From Flavobacterium sp. (GTDB lineage Bacteria; Bacteroidota; Bacteroidia; Flavobacteriales; Flavobacteriaceae), in assembly GCA_047636275.1 (NCBI GenBank), contig JBLIKD010000001.1:1-52192 (forward strand): 52,192 bases of DNA, written 5' to 3'. A program made the translations under genes and the position numbers. The stretch's first letter is position 1; every line of letters begins with the position of its first letter. The notes beneath the pieces are model-generated. The model was given only the letters and a program-made list of their open reading frames with translations. It ran no database searches and was not told where the DNA came from. Shown here piece by piece: positions 39,719-51,718 of this stretch.

Positions 39719-39870
39719 ATCGCAATGTAGGGGATAAATTAGTCCACTTACATTCTTTTTTGATTCTTTAAGATGTAGTGAAACTACAATCTCCAACTTG
39801 GAAACTATTCTTGATGTGTTTTAGTTTATATTTGTAGGTTATTTTAATTTTTTTATTGCGATTTATAATC

Positions 39871-39917
39871 AAATAATGTAATTGTGTTTGCTAATTGTAA
39901 CTGTAATTGCATCTTTG
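39871..39917 (+). promoter_or_regulatory. asnB promoter block, copy 1
   Basis: 36/47 identical and ungapped to 43685-43731; ends in the variant -7 box CATCTTTG. Confidence 0.7.
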
Positions 39918-39956
39918 TTTTATAAAAATAAATAAAAAAGTTAAAAATATATAGCT

Positions 39957-41633
39957 ATGTGTGGAATAGTATGTGCCTTTGATCTAAAACAAAAAGTGGA
40001 TGTTTTAAGACCGCAAGTATTGGAAATGTCGAAAATTATCCGTCACCGCGGACCAGACTGGAGTGGTATTTATAGTAACGATAAAGCGATTATGTCTCAT
40101 GAGCGATTGGCAATTGTTGATCCAGCTTCTGGTAAGCAACCTTTACTTAGCGAAGATGGGAAATTAGTTTTAGCTGCAAATGGTGAGATTTATAACCACA
40201 GAGAGTTGCGTAAGCAATTTGATGGAAAATATAATTTTCAGACAGAGAGTGATTGTGAAGTTATCTTAGCGCTTTACAAAGAAAAAGGGGTGCATTTTAT
40301 TGATGAAATGAATGGAATCTTCGGGTTTGCTATTTACGATGTTGCCAAAGATGAGTATTTTGTAGCCCGCGACCATATGGGAATTATCCCATTATATATT
40401 GGTTGGGATCAACACGGAACTTTTTATGTGGCTTCAGAGCTGAAAGCATTAGAAGGATACTGTACAAAAATACAATTGTTTCCTCCTGGACATTATATGA
40501 CAAGTACCAATGGCGAGTTTGTACAATGGTACAAAAGAGATTGGACTGATTATGATGCTGTAAAAGACAATGAAACAAGTATACTGGCTATTAAAGAAGC
40601 GTTGGAAGCAGCTGTTCACAGACAATTGATGAGTGACGTTCCCTACGGAGTGTTGCTTTCAGGAGGATTAGATTCTTCCGTTACTTCGGCTATAGCCAAA
40701 AAATATGCGCAAAAACGTATCGAGTCAGGCGATGTTGCTGATGCGTGGTATCCACAATTACACTCTTTTTCAGTAGGGCTGGAAGGGTCTCCGGATTTAG
40801 CAGCTGCGCAAATAGTGGCAGATCATATTGGAACCATCCACCACGAAATTAAATTTACAATCCAAGAAGGTTTAGACGCGATACGTGATGTGATTTATAA
40901 CTTGGAAACGTATGACGTAACGACTATTAGGGCTTCAACGCCAATGTGGTTGATGGCGAGAGTGATAAAGTCTATGGGGATAAAAATGGTGCTGTCTGGA
41001 GAAGGAGCTGATGAACTCTTTGGAGGGTATTTGTATTTCCACAAAGCACCAAACGCAAGAGAATTTCACGAAGAAAATATTCGCAAATTAGGAAAGCTGC
41101 ATATGTACGATTGTTTACGAGCGAATAAAAGTTTAGCTGCTTGGGGAATTGAAGGACGTGTGCCGTTTTTAGATAAGGAGTTTATGGATGTGGCAATGCG
41201 AATCAATCCGCAAGACAAAATGATCAATAAAGAACACCCAATGGAAAAGTGGGTAGTGCGTAAAGCTTTTGAAGATATGTTGCCTGCAAGTGTAGCTTGG
41301 AGACAAAAAGAGCAGTTTAGTGATGGAGTAGGATATGGTTGGATTGATAAGTTAAAAGAGGTAGTAGCTGTTGAGGTTACAGATGAGCAATTAGTAAGTG
41401 CGAAATTCCGTTTCCCGTTACAGACGCCTACTTCTAAAGAAGAATATTACTACCGAGCGATATTTCATGAACATTTTCCAAGTGACGCCGCAGCTTTATG
41501 TGTGCCTCAAGAAGCAAGTGTAGCATGCAGTACAAAAATTGCATTAGAGTGGGACGAGGCGTTCAAAAACATGAATGATCCTTCGGGAAGAGCAGTTGCC
41601 AGCGTACATGCGGATGCTTATGCAAAAGTATAA
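39957..41633 (+). CDS. asnB: Asparagine synthetase B (glutamine-hydrolysing), copy 1
   Basis: MCGI, HRGPD, NGEIYN, SGGLDS, GEGADELFGGY and RVPFLD. Confidence 0.96.
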   Translation: MCGIVCAFDLKQKVDVLRPQVLEMSKIIRHRGPDWSGIYSNDKAIMSHERLAIVDPASGKQPLLSEDGKLVLAANGEIYNHRELRKQFDGKYNFQTESDCEVILALYKEKGVHFIDEMNGIFGFAIYDVAKDEYFVARDHMGIIPLYIGWDQHGTFYVASELKALEGYCTKIQLFPPGHYMTSTNGEFVQWYKRDWTDYDAVKDNETSILAIKEALEAAVHRQLMSDVPYGVLLSGGLDSSVTSAIAKKYAQKRIESGDVADAWYPQLHSFSVGLEGSPDLAAAQIVADHIGTIHHEIKFTIQEGLDAIRDVIYNLETYDVTTIRASTPMWLMARVIKSMGIKMVLSGEGADELFGGYLYFHKAPNAREFHEENIRKLGKLHMYDCLRANKSLAAWGIEGRVPFLDKEFMDVAMRINPQDKMINKEHPMEKWVVRKAFEDMLPASVAWRQKEQFSDGVGYGWIDKLKEVVAVEVTDEQLVSAKFRFPLQTPTSKEEYYYRAIFHEHFPSDAAALCVPQEASVACSTKIALEWDEAFKNMNDPSGRAVASVHADAYAKV

Positions 41634-41664
41634 TATAGAAGATTTGTTTAAAGTTTGTTCATGA

Positions 41665-41688
41665 TTAGTTAGTTAGTTAGTTAGTTAG
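41665..41688. repeat. (TTAG)6 simple sequence repeat
   Basis: Six perfect TTAG units directly before the terminator stem. Confidence 0.9.
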
Positions 41689-41716
41689 ACGCTCTCAGTT
41701 GTGAGAGCGTTTTTTG
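41689..41716 (+). terminator. Intrinsic terminator after asnB copy 1
   Basis: ACGCTCTCA-GTTG-TGAGAGCGT followed by a T-run. Confidence 0.85.
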
Positions 41717-41948
41717 TTTCTGTTAATTAAACTATACCAAATGAGTTTCTGTTTTAGTCTAGAGTATTCTGGTATTAGGAGTTGCTTATCGCGATTTTGA
41801 GTGCTTATTTTCGGGTATGTTTCGGGTGAATTAAATTACTTTTAGGTAAAAAAACGAAAGATAGAAACACATTGCTGGCTTAAATTATAGGAAGTAGTTT
41901 TTTTTATACGCTCTTCTTTTTTATATTCGCCCATCTAAACCACGCAAT

Positions 41949-43574
41949 ATGAAACCTTATATGTTATTTTTTGTTTTATTTTCTCTTGTTTCATGTTTGA
42001 AAAAAGACAAAACTACTGTTGATTCGATAATTACGGATGCCACGATATATACCGTGAACAACTCCTTTGATAAAGCCACGGCTATGGCTATTAGTGATGG
42101 CAAAATACTAGCTATTGGTACAAATGATGAGATAACTAATAAATTTAAGTCCGATAACACCATCGATGCAAAGGGTAAGTTTATGTATCCGGGCTTGATT
42201 GATGCGCACTGTCATTTTTACAGTTATGGACTTAGTTTGCAGGAAGTCGATTTACGAGGTACTAAAAGTATGGACGAAGTGATAAGCCGTATTCAAACTT
42301 TTCAAAAAGAGAAAAACCTTAAATTTATTGTTGGAAATGGTTGGGATCAAAACGATTGGGAAGTAAAAGAATTTCCTTCTAAAGCAATTTTAGATAAGTA
42401 TTTCCCAAATATTCCTGTAGTACTAAATAGAGTTGATAGTCATGCCATAGTTGTTAATAGTAAAGTGTTGTCTTTAGCAAATATTACTAAAGACACAAAA
42501 GCAATTGGCGGACAGATCGAAATCGTGAATGGAGAGCCAACGGGAATCTTAATTGATAATCCGATGGAATTGGTGTTTAATATAATTCCAAAACCGAGTA
42601 GAAAAACACAAATAACAGCATTACTAGATGCTGAAAAAATCATGTTCGACTATGGATTGACGACGGTAAATGACGCTGGTTTAGACCCTCAGATTATTGA
42701 TTTAATAGACAGTTTGCAAAAGGCTAAGGCGATGAAGCTTAATGTTTATGCAATGATTACGGTGAATCCAAAAAACATGGATTTGTATTTTAAGAAAGGG
42801 ATTTATAAAACCGATAACCTGAATGTTCGTTCTTTCAAGATGTATGGAGATGGCGCTTTAGGTTCCCGTGGTGCCTGCATGCACAAACCTTATTCAGACA
42901 GTCCTAAGCAATTAGGTGCGCTAATTACTCCTATTTCTGATATGAAAACGGTTGCCGACAGAATTGCAGCTTCTGCTTTTCAACTGAATACACATGCCAT
43001 AGGTGATTCTGCAAATACGGTAATATTGAAAGTGTATAAAGAAGCTTTGGAAGGAAAAAAAGACAGACGTTGGAAAATTGAACATGCACAAGTGATACAA
43101 GAAGCTGATTTTGATTATTTTAAGCTAGGAATTATTCCATCTGTTCAGCCTACACATGCTACTTCAGATATGTATTGGGCAGGCCAAAGGTTAGGGAAAA
43201 AGCGTTTAAAAAATGCTTATGCATATAAAAAGTTATTAAATAAAGCAGGAGTTATAGCTTTAGGTACTGATTTTCCTGTAGAAGAAGTGAACCCAATGTT
43301 GACTTTTCATGCGGCATTCGCCAGAAAGGATAGCAAAGGGTATCCTAGTGCTGGTTTTCAGATGGAAAATGCATTGACTAGGGAGGAAACTTTAAAGGGT
43401 ATGACAATTTGGGCTGCTTATTCTAATTTTGAAGAAAAAGAAAAAGGAAGTCTAGAAGTGGGTAAATGGGCTGACTTTGTTTTGTTTGACAAAGATATCA
43501 TGAAAATCGAGGAGAGCGAAGTTTTAAAAATGAAACCTGTGACTACTTATTTAAAAGGCGTGAAAGTCAAATAA
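41949..43574 (+). CDS. Lipoprotein metallo-amidohydrolase (YtcJ-like, Amidohydro_3)
   Basis: Lipobox LVSC, PGLIDAHCH, KMYGDGALGSRGA, HAIGD, IEHAQ and GTDFPVE. Confidence 0.9.
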   Translation: MKPYMLFFVLFSLVSCLKKDKTTVDSIITDATIYTVNNSFDKATAMAISDGKILAIGTNDEITNKFKSDNTIDAKGKFMYPGLIDAHCHFYSYGLSLQEVDLRGTKSMDEVISRIQTFQKEKNLKFIVGNGWDQNDWEVKEFPSKAILDKYFPNIPVVLNRVDSHAIVVNSKVLSLANITKDTKAIGGQIEIVNGEPTGILIDNPMELVFNIIPKPSRKTQITALLDAEKIMFDYGLTTVNDAGLDPQIIDLIDSLQKAKAMKLNVYAMITVNPKNMDLYFKKGIYKTDNLNVRSFKMYGDGALGSRGACMHKPYSDSPKQLGALITPISDMKTVADRIAASAFQLNTHAIGDSANTVILKVYKEALEGKKDRRWKIEHAQVIQEADFDYFKLGIIPSVQPTHATSDMYWAGQRLGKKRLKNAYAYKKLLNKAGVIALGTDFPVEEVNPMLTFHAAFARKDSKGYPSAGFQMENALTREETLKGMTIWAAYSNFEEKEKGSLEVGKWADFVLFDKDIMKIEESEVLKMKPVTTYLKGVKVK

Positions 43575-43684
43575 ACCGCGAGTTTAGAGAGGGGTGTTCA
43601 CAATGATATTGTAAACGCTCAGATTCTATTTGTTTTAATTTCATTTTTCATGTATTTTCTCTTTTTTGGTTCATAAGTATAACT

Positions 43685-43731
43685 AAATAATGCGCTTGTG
43701 TTTTATATTTATAAGTGGTACTGCATCTTTG
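43685..43731 (+). promoter_or_regulatory. asnB promoter block, copy 2
   Basis: Homologous to 39871-39917. Confidence 0.7.
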
Positions 43732-43761
43732 GATTATCAAATTTTAGAAAATAGTAGAATT

Positions 43762-45378
43762 ATGTGCGGGATATTAGCCATTATAGGAAAAGGAAAAGAT
43801 GCGGAATCAGTAAGGGATCTTTCGAAAAGAATGTCACACCGTGGTCCTGATGAAAGTGATTTGCATGTCATGGAAAACGGATCTGTTTTAAGTCATGAAC
43901 GTTTGTCGATTATCGATTTGCATTCAGGAAAACAGCCTATTCAAGGAAGTAATACTGCTTATGTAATCCATAATGGGGAGGTTTATAATTATCTAGCACT
44001 AAGAGATGGTATCTTGAAAGAGCACACTTTCAGAACCAAATCAGACTCGGAAGTAATTGTTCATTTATACGAAGAATTCGGTTATGACTTTTGTGATAAA
44101 TTAGATGGCGATTTTGCTCTAGTCGTAATTAACGGAGATGATTTTGTCGCGGCACGAGATCCGTTAGGAGTAAAGCCTTTATATTACGGTTTAGATGAAA
44201 GGGGCAGGATTTATTTTGCTTCAGAAATGAAGTCTCTCGCCGATCAATGTAAAACGTTTTTCACTTTTCCTCCGGGACATTATTATACACAAAAGACAGG
44301 TTTTGTTAAGTATTACAAGCCCGTCTATGAAGATTATGAAAAGGCTGATCAAAATTTAGATTTAGAGTTAATCCGAAGTACTTTGATTGAGGCTACCCGC
44401 AAGCGCTTGATGAGTGATGTTCCTATTGGTGTGTTACTGTCAGGAGGATTAGATTCTTCCTTAATCTCTGCAATTGCAGCGAGATTATTGGCGGAGCAAG
44501 GGAAAAAGCTACATTCATTTTCGATCGGTTTAGATGCAGATGCTCCAGATGTATTAGCGGCAAGGAAAGTGGCTGATTTTTTAGCTACTGAGCACCATGA
44601 GATTTATTTTTCAGTTGAAGAGGGTATAAAAATATTGGATAAATTAATTTGGCATTTAGAAACTTACGATGTCACATCGATACGCGCTAGTACGCCAATG
44701 TATTTTTTATCAAAAGCTATAAGTGACTTAGGGGTTAAAGTAGTGTTGTCAGGAGAAGGGGCAGATGAGATTTTTGGAGGTTATTTATACTTTAGAAATG
44801 CTCCTTCGACCGCAGAATTCCAGAAAGAAATTATTGAAAGAGTTCAGAAATTATTTACTGCCGATTTGTTAAGGGCTGATAAATCTACGATGGCCCACGG
44901 ACTAGAGGCCAGAGTACCGTTTTTAGACAAAGACTTCTTAGATGTGGCTATGCGGATTAATCCAGAAGAGAAACAGCCAAAAACGTATGATGGTATAGAA
45001 AAATACATAGTAAGAAAAGCATTTGATACTCTGGAAGACCCTTATTTGCCGGTAGAGGTGCTATGGAGGCAAAAAGAACAGTTTTCTGATGGAGTGGGAT
45101 ACAATTGGATTGATCGATTAATAGCCTACTGCGCTTCTCAAGTAACGGATGAACAGTTAGCTGGTGCAATTACTGAATTCCCGTACAATTCACCAATCAC
45201 CAAAGAGGCGTATTTTTACCGATCCGTCTTCAATAAGCACTATCCCCAAGTTAGTGCGGCACAAACCGTTAGAAAGTGGATTCCAAAATGGCAAGAAAAT
45301 CAAGATCCAAGCGGAAGAGCAAATGAGGCGCACGTAAAGGCGGATATTGAAATTGCTAAGGTTAGAGTAAATATTTAA
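43762..45378 (+). CDS. asnB: Asparagine synthetase B, copy 2
   Basis: Start at 43762 gives MCGI, which the N-terminal nucleophile Cys requires. HRGPD, HNGEVYN, SGGLDS and RVPFLD are present. Confidence 0.94.
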   Translation: MCGILAIIGKGKDAESVRDLSKRMSHRGPDESDLHVMENGSVLSHERLSIIDLHSGKQPIQGSNTAYVIHNGEVYNYLALRDGILKEHTFRTKSDSEVIVHLYEEFGYDFCDKLDGDFALVVINGDDFVAARDPLGVKPLYYGLDERGRIYFASEMKSLADQCKTFFTFPPGHYYTQKTGFVKYYKPVYEDYEKADQNLDLELIRSTLIEATRKRLMSDVPIGVLLSGGLDSSLISAIAARLLAEQGKKLHSFSIGLDADAPDVLAARKVADFLATEHHEIYFSVEEGIKILDKLIWHLETYDVTSIRASTPMYFLSKAISDLGVKVVLSGEGADEIFGGYLYFRNAPSTAEFQKEIIERVQKLFTADLLRADKSTMAHGLEARVPFLDKDFLDVAMRINPEEKQPKTYDGIEKYIVRKAFDTLEDPYLPVEVLWRQKEQFSDGVGYNWIDRLIAYCASQVTDEQLAGAITEFPYNSPITKEAYFYRSVFNKHYPQVSAAQTVRKWIPKWQENQDPSGRANEAHVKADIEIAKVRVNI

Positions 45379-45396
45379 GTTTCATGAAAAGCAAGG

Positions 45397-45424
45397 ACGT
45401 TCTCTATTTTGAGAGCGTTTTTTT
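45397..45424 (+). terminator. Intrinsic terminator after asnB copy 2
   Basis: ACGTTCTC-TATTTT-GAGAGCGT followed by a T-run. Confidence 0.75.
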
Positions 45425-45489
45425 ATGCGAAAAACCAACGTTTTGTTAATAACTTAACATCTTAATAGGCTATTTTAACGGTAATTTAG

Positions 45490-47490
<2,001 letters not shown>

Positions 47491-47538
47491 TTAGGTTTAT
47501 AAGGATCAACTAACTAACCAGAAATACATATATAAAAG

Positions 47539-48474
47539 ATGAAAGTTACTATTGTAGGAGCAGGAAATGTAGGAGCAACTTGTGCAGACGTAATTTCTTA
47601 TAGAGGAATTGCAAGTGAAGTAGTATTGTTAGATATTAAGGAAGGTTTTGCCGAGGGGAAAGCGTTGGATATTATGCAATGTGCCACTAATACAGGATTT
47701 AATACCAGAGTTTCGGGTGTTACTAATGATTATGCGAAAACCGCTGATAGTAATGTGGTTGTTATTACCTCTGGTATTCCAAGAAAACCAGGAATGACTC
47801 GTGAAGAATTAATAGGTATCAATGCAGGGATCGTCAAGATGGTGGTTGATAATGTATTGATTCATTCACCTAATGCTATTATAGTAGTAGTTTCCAATCC
47901 AATGGATACGATGACCTATTTGGCTTTAAAATCCACGGGACTACCAAAAAATAGAATCATAGGAATGGGTGGGGCTCTTGATAGCTCTCGTTTTAGAACC
48001 TATTTATCAATGGCGTTGGGTAAACCTGCAAATGATATTTCAGCAATGGTTATTGGAGGACACGGTGATACTACAATGATTCCTTTGACACGTTTAGCGT
48101 CTTACAATGGAATCCCGGTATCGCAATTTCTTTCAGAGGAAGCGTTGGAAAAAGTAGCTGCTGATACCATGGTCGGTGGAGCAACTCTTACTGGTCTCTT
48201 AGGAACATCAGCTTGGTATGCGCCAGGAGCGTCTGTTGCTTATTTAGTAGACAGTATTTTGAATGATCAAAAGAAAATGATTGCTTGTTCTGTTTTTGTT
48301 GAAGGAGAGTATGAGCAAAATGATATTTGTATCGGTGTTCCCTGTATAATAGGTAAAAATGGTGTTGAGGAAATTATTGAGATTGAGTTAAATGATAAAG
48401 AAAAAGCAACTTTTGCTAAAAGTGCAGAGGCAGTTCGTGCAATGAACGATGCGCTGAAATCAATTTTAGCCTAA
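47539..48474 (+). CDS. mdh: Malate dehydrogenase (LDH-like type)
   Basis: GAGNVG, PRKPGMTR, NPMD, LDSSR and GGHGD. Confidence 0.96.
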   Translation: MKVTIVGAGNVGATCADVISYRGIASEVVLLDIKEGFAEGKALDIMQCATNTGFNTRVSGVTNDYAKTADSNVVVITSGIPRKPGMTREELIGINAGIVKMVVDNVLIHSPNAIIVVVSNPMDTMTYLALKSTGLPKNRIIGMGGALDSSRFRTYLSMALGKPANDISAMVIGGHGDTTMIPLTRLASYNGIPVSQFLSEEALEKVAADTMVGGATLTGLLGTSAWYAPGASVAYLVDSILNDQKKMIACSVFVEGEYEQNDICIGVPCIIGKNGVEEIIEIELNDKEKATFAKSAEAVRAMNDALKSILA

Positions 48475-48495
48475 TATTCTGTCATATAATTAACG

Positions 48496-48523
48496 AAGAC
48501 TGCACTTTTGCAGTCTTTTTTTT
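48496..48523 (+). terminator. Intrinsic terminator after mdh
   Basis: AAGACTGCA-CTT-TTGCAGTCTT followed by a T-run. Confidence 0.8.
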
Positions 48524-48694
48524 GATTTTAATTAACAAATAAATTGGTTAATCTTAACCTTAATGATATATTTGCTCGGTTGAAAAATAATAATATAATT
48601 CTTGGTTTTTCTTTTTAGAATTGAAATCGAAGTCAAGAGTTGTTTATTAAGAGTTGAAAATAAATAAATTTAAAATAATTAATTTTTAGTAATA

Positions 48695-51664
48695 ATGCAG
48701 AATAAAGGACTTATTAAATTTTTCGCAATTCTATTTGCATTGGTGAGTATTTACCAACTTTCTTTCACTTTTGTCGCAAACAAAGTAAAAAATGATGCAA
48801 AAGCATTTGCTGCAGGTAATTCTGACAAAGAAGCAAGATACTTGGATTCCATTGGTAAGGAAAACGTGTTTAATCTTGGATTTACAAATTTCAACTTTGA
48901 TGAGGTTAGTGATAAGCAAATCAATAAGGGTCTTGACTTAGAAGGTGGTATAAATGTAATACTTCAAATTTCTGTTAAAGATATACTGAAAGGGCTATCT
49001 AGTAATTCTAAAAACCCTGTATTTAACAAGTCATTAGCAGATGCGACGGCTAACATACAAGGGAATACGTCCTATTTAGATAAATTTTTTGATGCTTTTG
49101 AAGCAAATTCGAAAGGTACTGTAAAGTTAGCTGCACCAGATATTTTTGCAAACAGAAGTTTACAAGGAGAAGGTGGTGTAGATTTTCAAATGACAGACTC
49201 AGAGGTGCAAAAGGTCATCCGTAGAAAAGTTGACGAATCTGTAGAAAGTGCTTTTGGGGTTTTGAGAAAAAGAATTGATAAATTTGGTGTTACTCAACCT
49301 AACATTCAAAAATTAGGAGAGTCTGGACAAATTCTTGTTGAACTTCCTGGTGCTAAAGATGTAGATAGAATAAAAAAATTATTGCAGAGTACGGCTCAAT
49401 TAGAGTTTTGGGAAACGTACAAGATTGAAGAAATGGGTAATTTCTTAATGGCTGCAAATGAGACATTGAAGAAAACTGAAATTACTACAGTAGAATCAAA
49501 GCCAGTAGTGAAAGATTCTTTGAGTGCTTTATTAACAAACGGTGGAGATTCAGCTGCAACTAAAAAAGGCAATAACCCTTTGCTTGACAAAATTATTGCA
49601 CAAGGTGGTGGACCTGTTTTAGGTCTTTTCTCACCGAAAGACACAGCAACGGTTAACGGCTATTTTAAAAGACAAGAAGTTAGAAATTTACTAACAGCAG
49701 ATCAGCGTTATGTTAAATTCCTTTGGGGAAAATTGACAATAATTAAAGGGGATAAAGATAAAGATGTTGAAGCGGTAGAATTATACGCTATTAAAGGAAA
49801 TAGAGATAATGAACCTGCGATGAGTGGTGGAGTTGTTACTGACGCTAAAGATACATTCGATCAGTCAGGTAAACCTGCTGTTTCGATGCAAATGAATGGG
49901 CAAGGAGCAAAAGGTTGGGAAGAATTAACAGGCAGAGCTTATACGCAAAAAAGTAATATCGCTATTGTTCTTGATAATATCGTTTATTCTGCGCCAGGAG
50001 TATCTAGCGGACCAATAGCGGGGGGGAGATCTGAAATTTCTGGATCGTTTGACGTAACAGAAACTAAGGATTTAGCTAACGTACTTAGAGCGGGTAAACT
50101 TCCGGCATCGGCTGATATTGTGCAGTCAGAAGTGGTAGGACCGTCCTTAGGTCAAGAAGCTATAGATAATGGTACAAATTCTGCTATTGTAGGATTGCTT
50201 TTAGTGTCGCTTTGGATGATGGTTTATTATGGTAAAGCTGGTTGGTATGCTAATATTGCATTAGCGGTTAACTTATTATTCCTTTTTGGAATTTTGGCAA
50301 GTTTAGGTGCGGTTCTTACATTGCCTGGTATTGCAGGTATCGTTTTGACAATGGGTACAGCAGTGGATGCCAATATTATTATCTATGAAAGAGCCAAGGA
50401 AGAATTACGAGATGGGAAATCATTAGATGAGGCAGTAAAGGCTTCTTACAGTTGGACAGGAGCGATGCGATCTATTGTTGATGCAAACGTTACTCACATT
50501 TTAATTGGTGCGGTGTTATTCATTTTTGGTTCAGGACCAATAAAAGGTTTCGCAACTACATTGTTGATTGGTATTATAACATCATTGTTTACTTCAATTT
50601 TTATTGCAAGAATCTTTATTGATAAAAACATTGCTAAAAAAGCTAATTTAACATTCGTAACTAATTTTTCTAAAGACTTTTTCACAAATTTCCATTTCGA
50701 TTTCTTGAAAGTTAAAAAATGGACATATTTGTTTTCAGCAGTTGTAGTAGTAGTTAGTATTGTTTCATTGGCGACAAACAAATTAGATCAAGGTGTTGAT
50801 TTTGTTGGTGGAAGAACTTTTCAGGTTCGTTTTGAAAAACCAGTGGAAGCTGGTCTCGTAAAAGAGGAGCTTACTGCGGTGTTCGGAAGTGCTGAAGCGA
50901 AAATATTTGGTAATGATAATCAGTTAAAGATTACGACTAAATACAAAGTTGAAGAGCATGGTATAGAAGCGGATCAAGAGGTAAATAAATTATTGTTCCA
51001 AAGTTTAAAACAACATTTTGCAGCAGACTTAACATACGATAAATTCATAAATGCTTACCCAGGTAAAGTATACGGTGTTGTACAAGCATCAAAAGTTGGA
51101 CCTACTGTAGCCGAGGATATTAAAACGAATGCATACTGGGCTGTTCTAGGTGCGATGCTGATTGTATTCTTATATTTGCTAATTAGTTTTAGAAAATGGC
51201 AGTATGGTTTAGGTGCAATCGCAGCTGTGGCGCACGACGTTATCTTTGTATTAGGTATTTATTCTTTATTTTATAAGATTATGCCTTTCGGAATGGAAAT
51301 TGACCAGCACTTTATAGCGGCTATACTTACCGTTATCGGGTACTCAATGAATGATACTGTAATTGTATTTGACAGAGTTCGTGAATTCTTGGATGGAAAA
51401 ACGAAGGGTACTTTTCCTGAAATCGTAAACAAATCAATTAACTCAACAATGTCAAGAACAATCAATACTTCATTAACAATGATAGGTGTATTGGCAATAA
51501 TGTTTATTTTTGGTGGAGAGTCTATTAGAGGATTTGTCTTTGCAATGCTTATCGGTATTGTTGTTGGAACATATTCTTCTTTATTTATTGCAACTCCAGT
51601 GTTGGTAGATACAATTTCAAGAGAGGATAAGAAATTGATTGAAGAGCAACATCAAGAAAGTTAA
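48695..51664 (+). CDS. secDF: Fused protein translocase subunit SecDF
   Basis: GLDLEGG, VGPSLG, AVDAN..IYER, GVDFVGG and GYSMNDTVIVFDR. TATATTTG at 48567-48574. Confidence 0.97.
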   Translation: MQNKGLIKFFAILFALVSIYQLSFTFVANKVKNDAKAFAAGNSDKEARYLDSIGKENVFNLGFTNFNFDEVSDKQINKGLDLEGGINVILQISVKDILKGLSSNSKNPVFNKSLADATANIQGNTSYLDKFFDAFEANSKGTVKLAAPDIFANRSLQGEGGVDFQMTDSEVQKVIRRKVDESVESAFGVLRKRIDKFGVTQPNIQKLGESGQILVELPGAKDVDRIKKLLQSTAQLEFWETYKIEEMGNFLMAANETLKKTEITTVESKPVVKDSLSALLTNGGDSAATKKGNNPLLDKIIAQGGGPVLGLFSPKDTATVNGYFKRQEVRNLLTADQRYVKFLWGKLTIIKGDKDKDVEAVELYAIKGNRDNEPAMSGGVVTDAKDTFDQSGKPAVSMQMNGQGAKGWEELTGRAYTQKSNIAIVLDNIVYSAPGVSSGPIAGGRSEISGSFDVTETKDLANVLRAGKLPASADIVQSEVVGPSLGQEAIDNGTNSAIVGLLLVSLWMMVYYGKAGWYANIALAVNLLFLFGILASLGAVLTLPGIAGIVLTMGTAVDANIIIYERAKEELRDGKSLDEAVKASYSWTGAMRSIVDANVTHILIGAVLFIFGSGPIKGFATTLLIGIITSLFTSIFIARIFIDKNIAKKANLTFVTNFSKDFFTNFHFDFLKVKKWTYLFSAVVVVVSIVSLATNKLDQGVDFVGGRTFQVRFEKPVEAGLVKEELTAVFGSAEAKIFGNDNQLKITTKYKVEEHGIEADQEVNKLLFQSLKQHFAADLTYDKFINAYPGKVYGVVQASKVGPTVAEDIKTNAYWAVLGAMLIVFLYLLISFRKWQYGLGAIAAVAHDVIFVLGIYSLFYKIMPFGMEIDQHFIAAILTVIGYSMNDTVIVFDRVREFLDGKTKGTFPEIVNKSINSTMSRTINTSLTMIGVLAIMFIFGGESIRGFVFAMLIGIVVGTYSSLFIATPVLVDTISREDKKLIEEQHQES

Positions 51665-51684
51665 TATTTATCTCGCATAATATT

Positions 51685-51718
51685 AAAAAAGGCCCAACAC
51701 ACGTTGGGCCTTTTTTTT
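51685..51718. terminator. Intrinsic terminator after secDF
   Basis: AAAAAAGGCCCAAC-ACAC-GTTGGGCCTTTTTTTT. Confidence 0.9.

Noticed and set aside
41808-41830. Short TTTCGGGT direct repeat
   Set aside because: Two 8-bp copies are too little to support any element.
35693-45378. Secondary-metabolite cluster (phzF plus asnB, phenazine or lasso peptide)
   Set aside because: No phzABDEG, precursor peptide, B-protein or NRPS/PKS; both AsnB keep full glutaminase domains.
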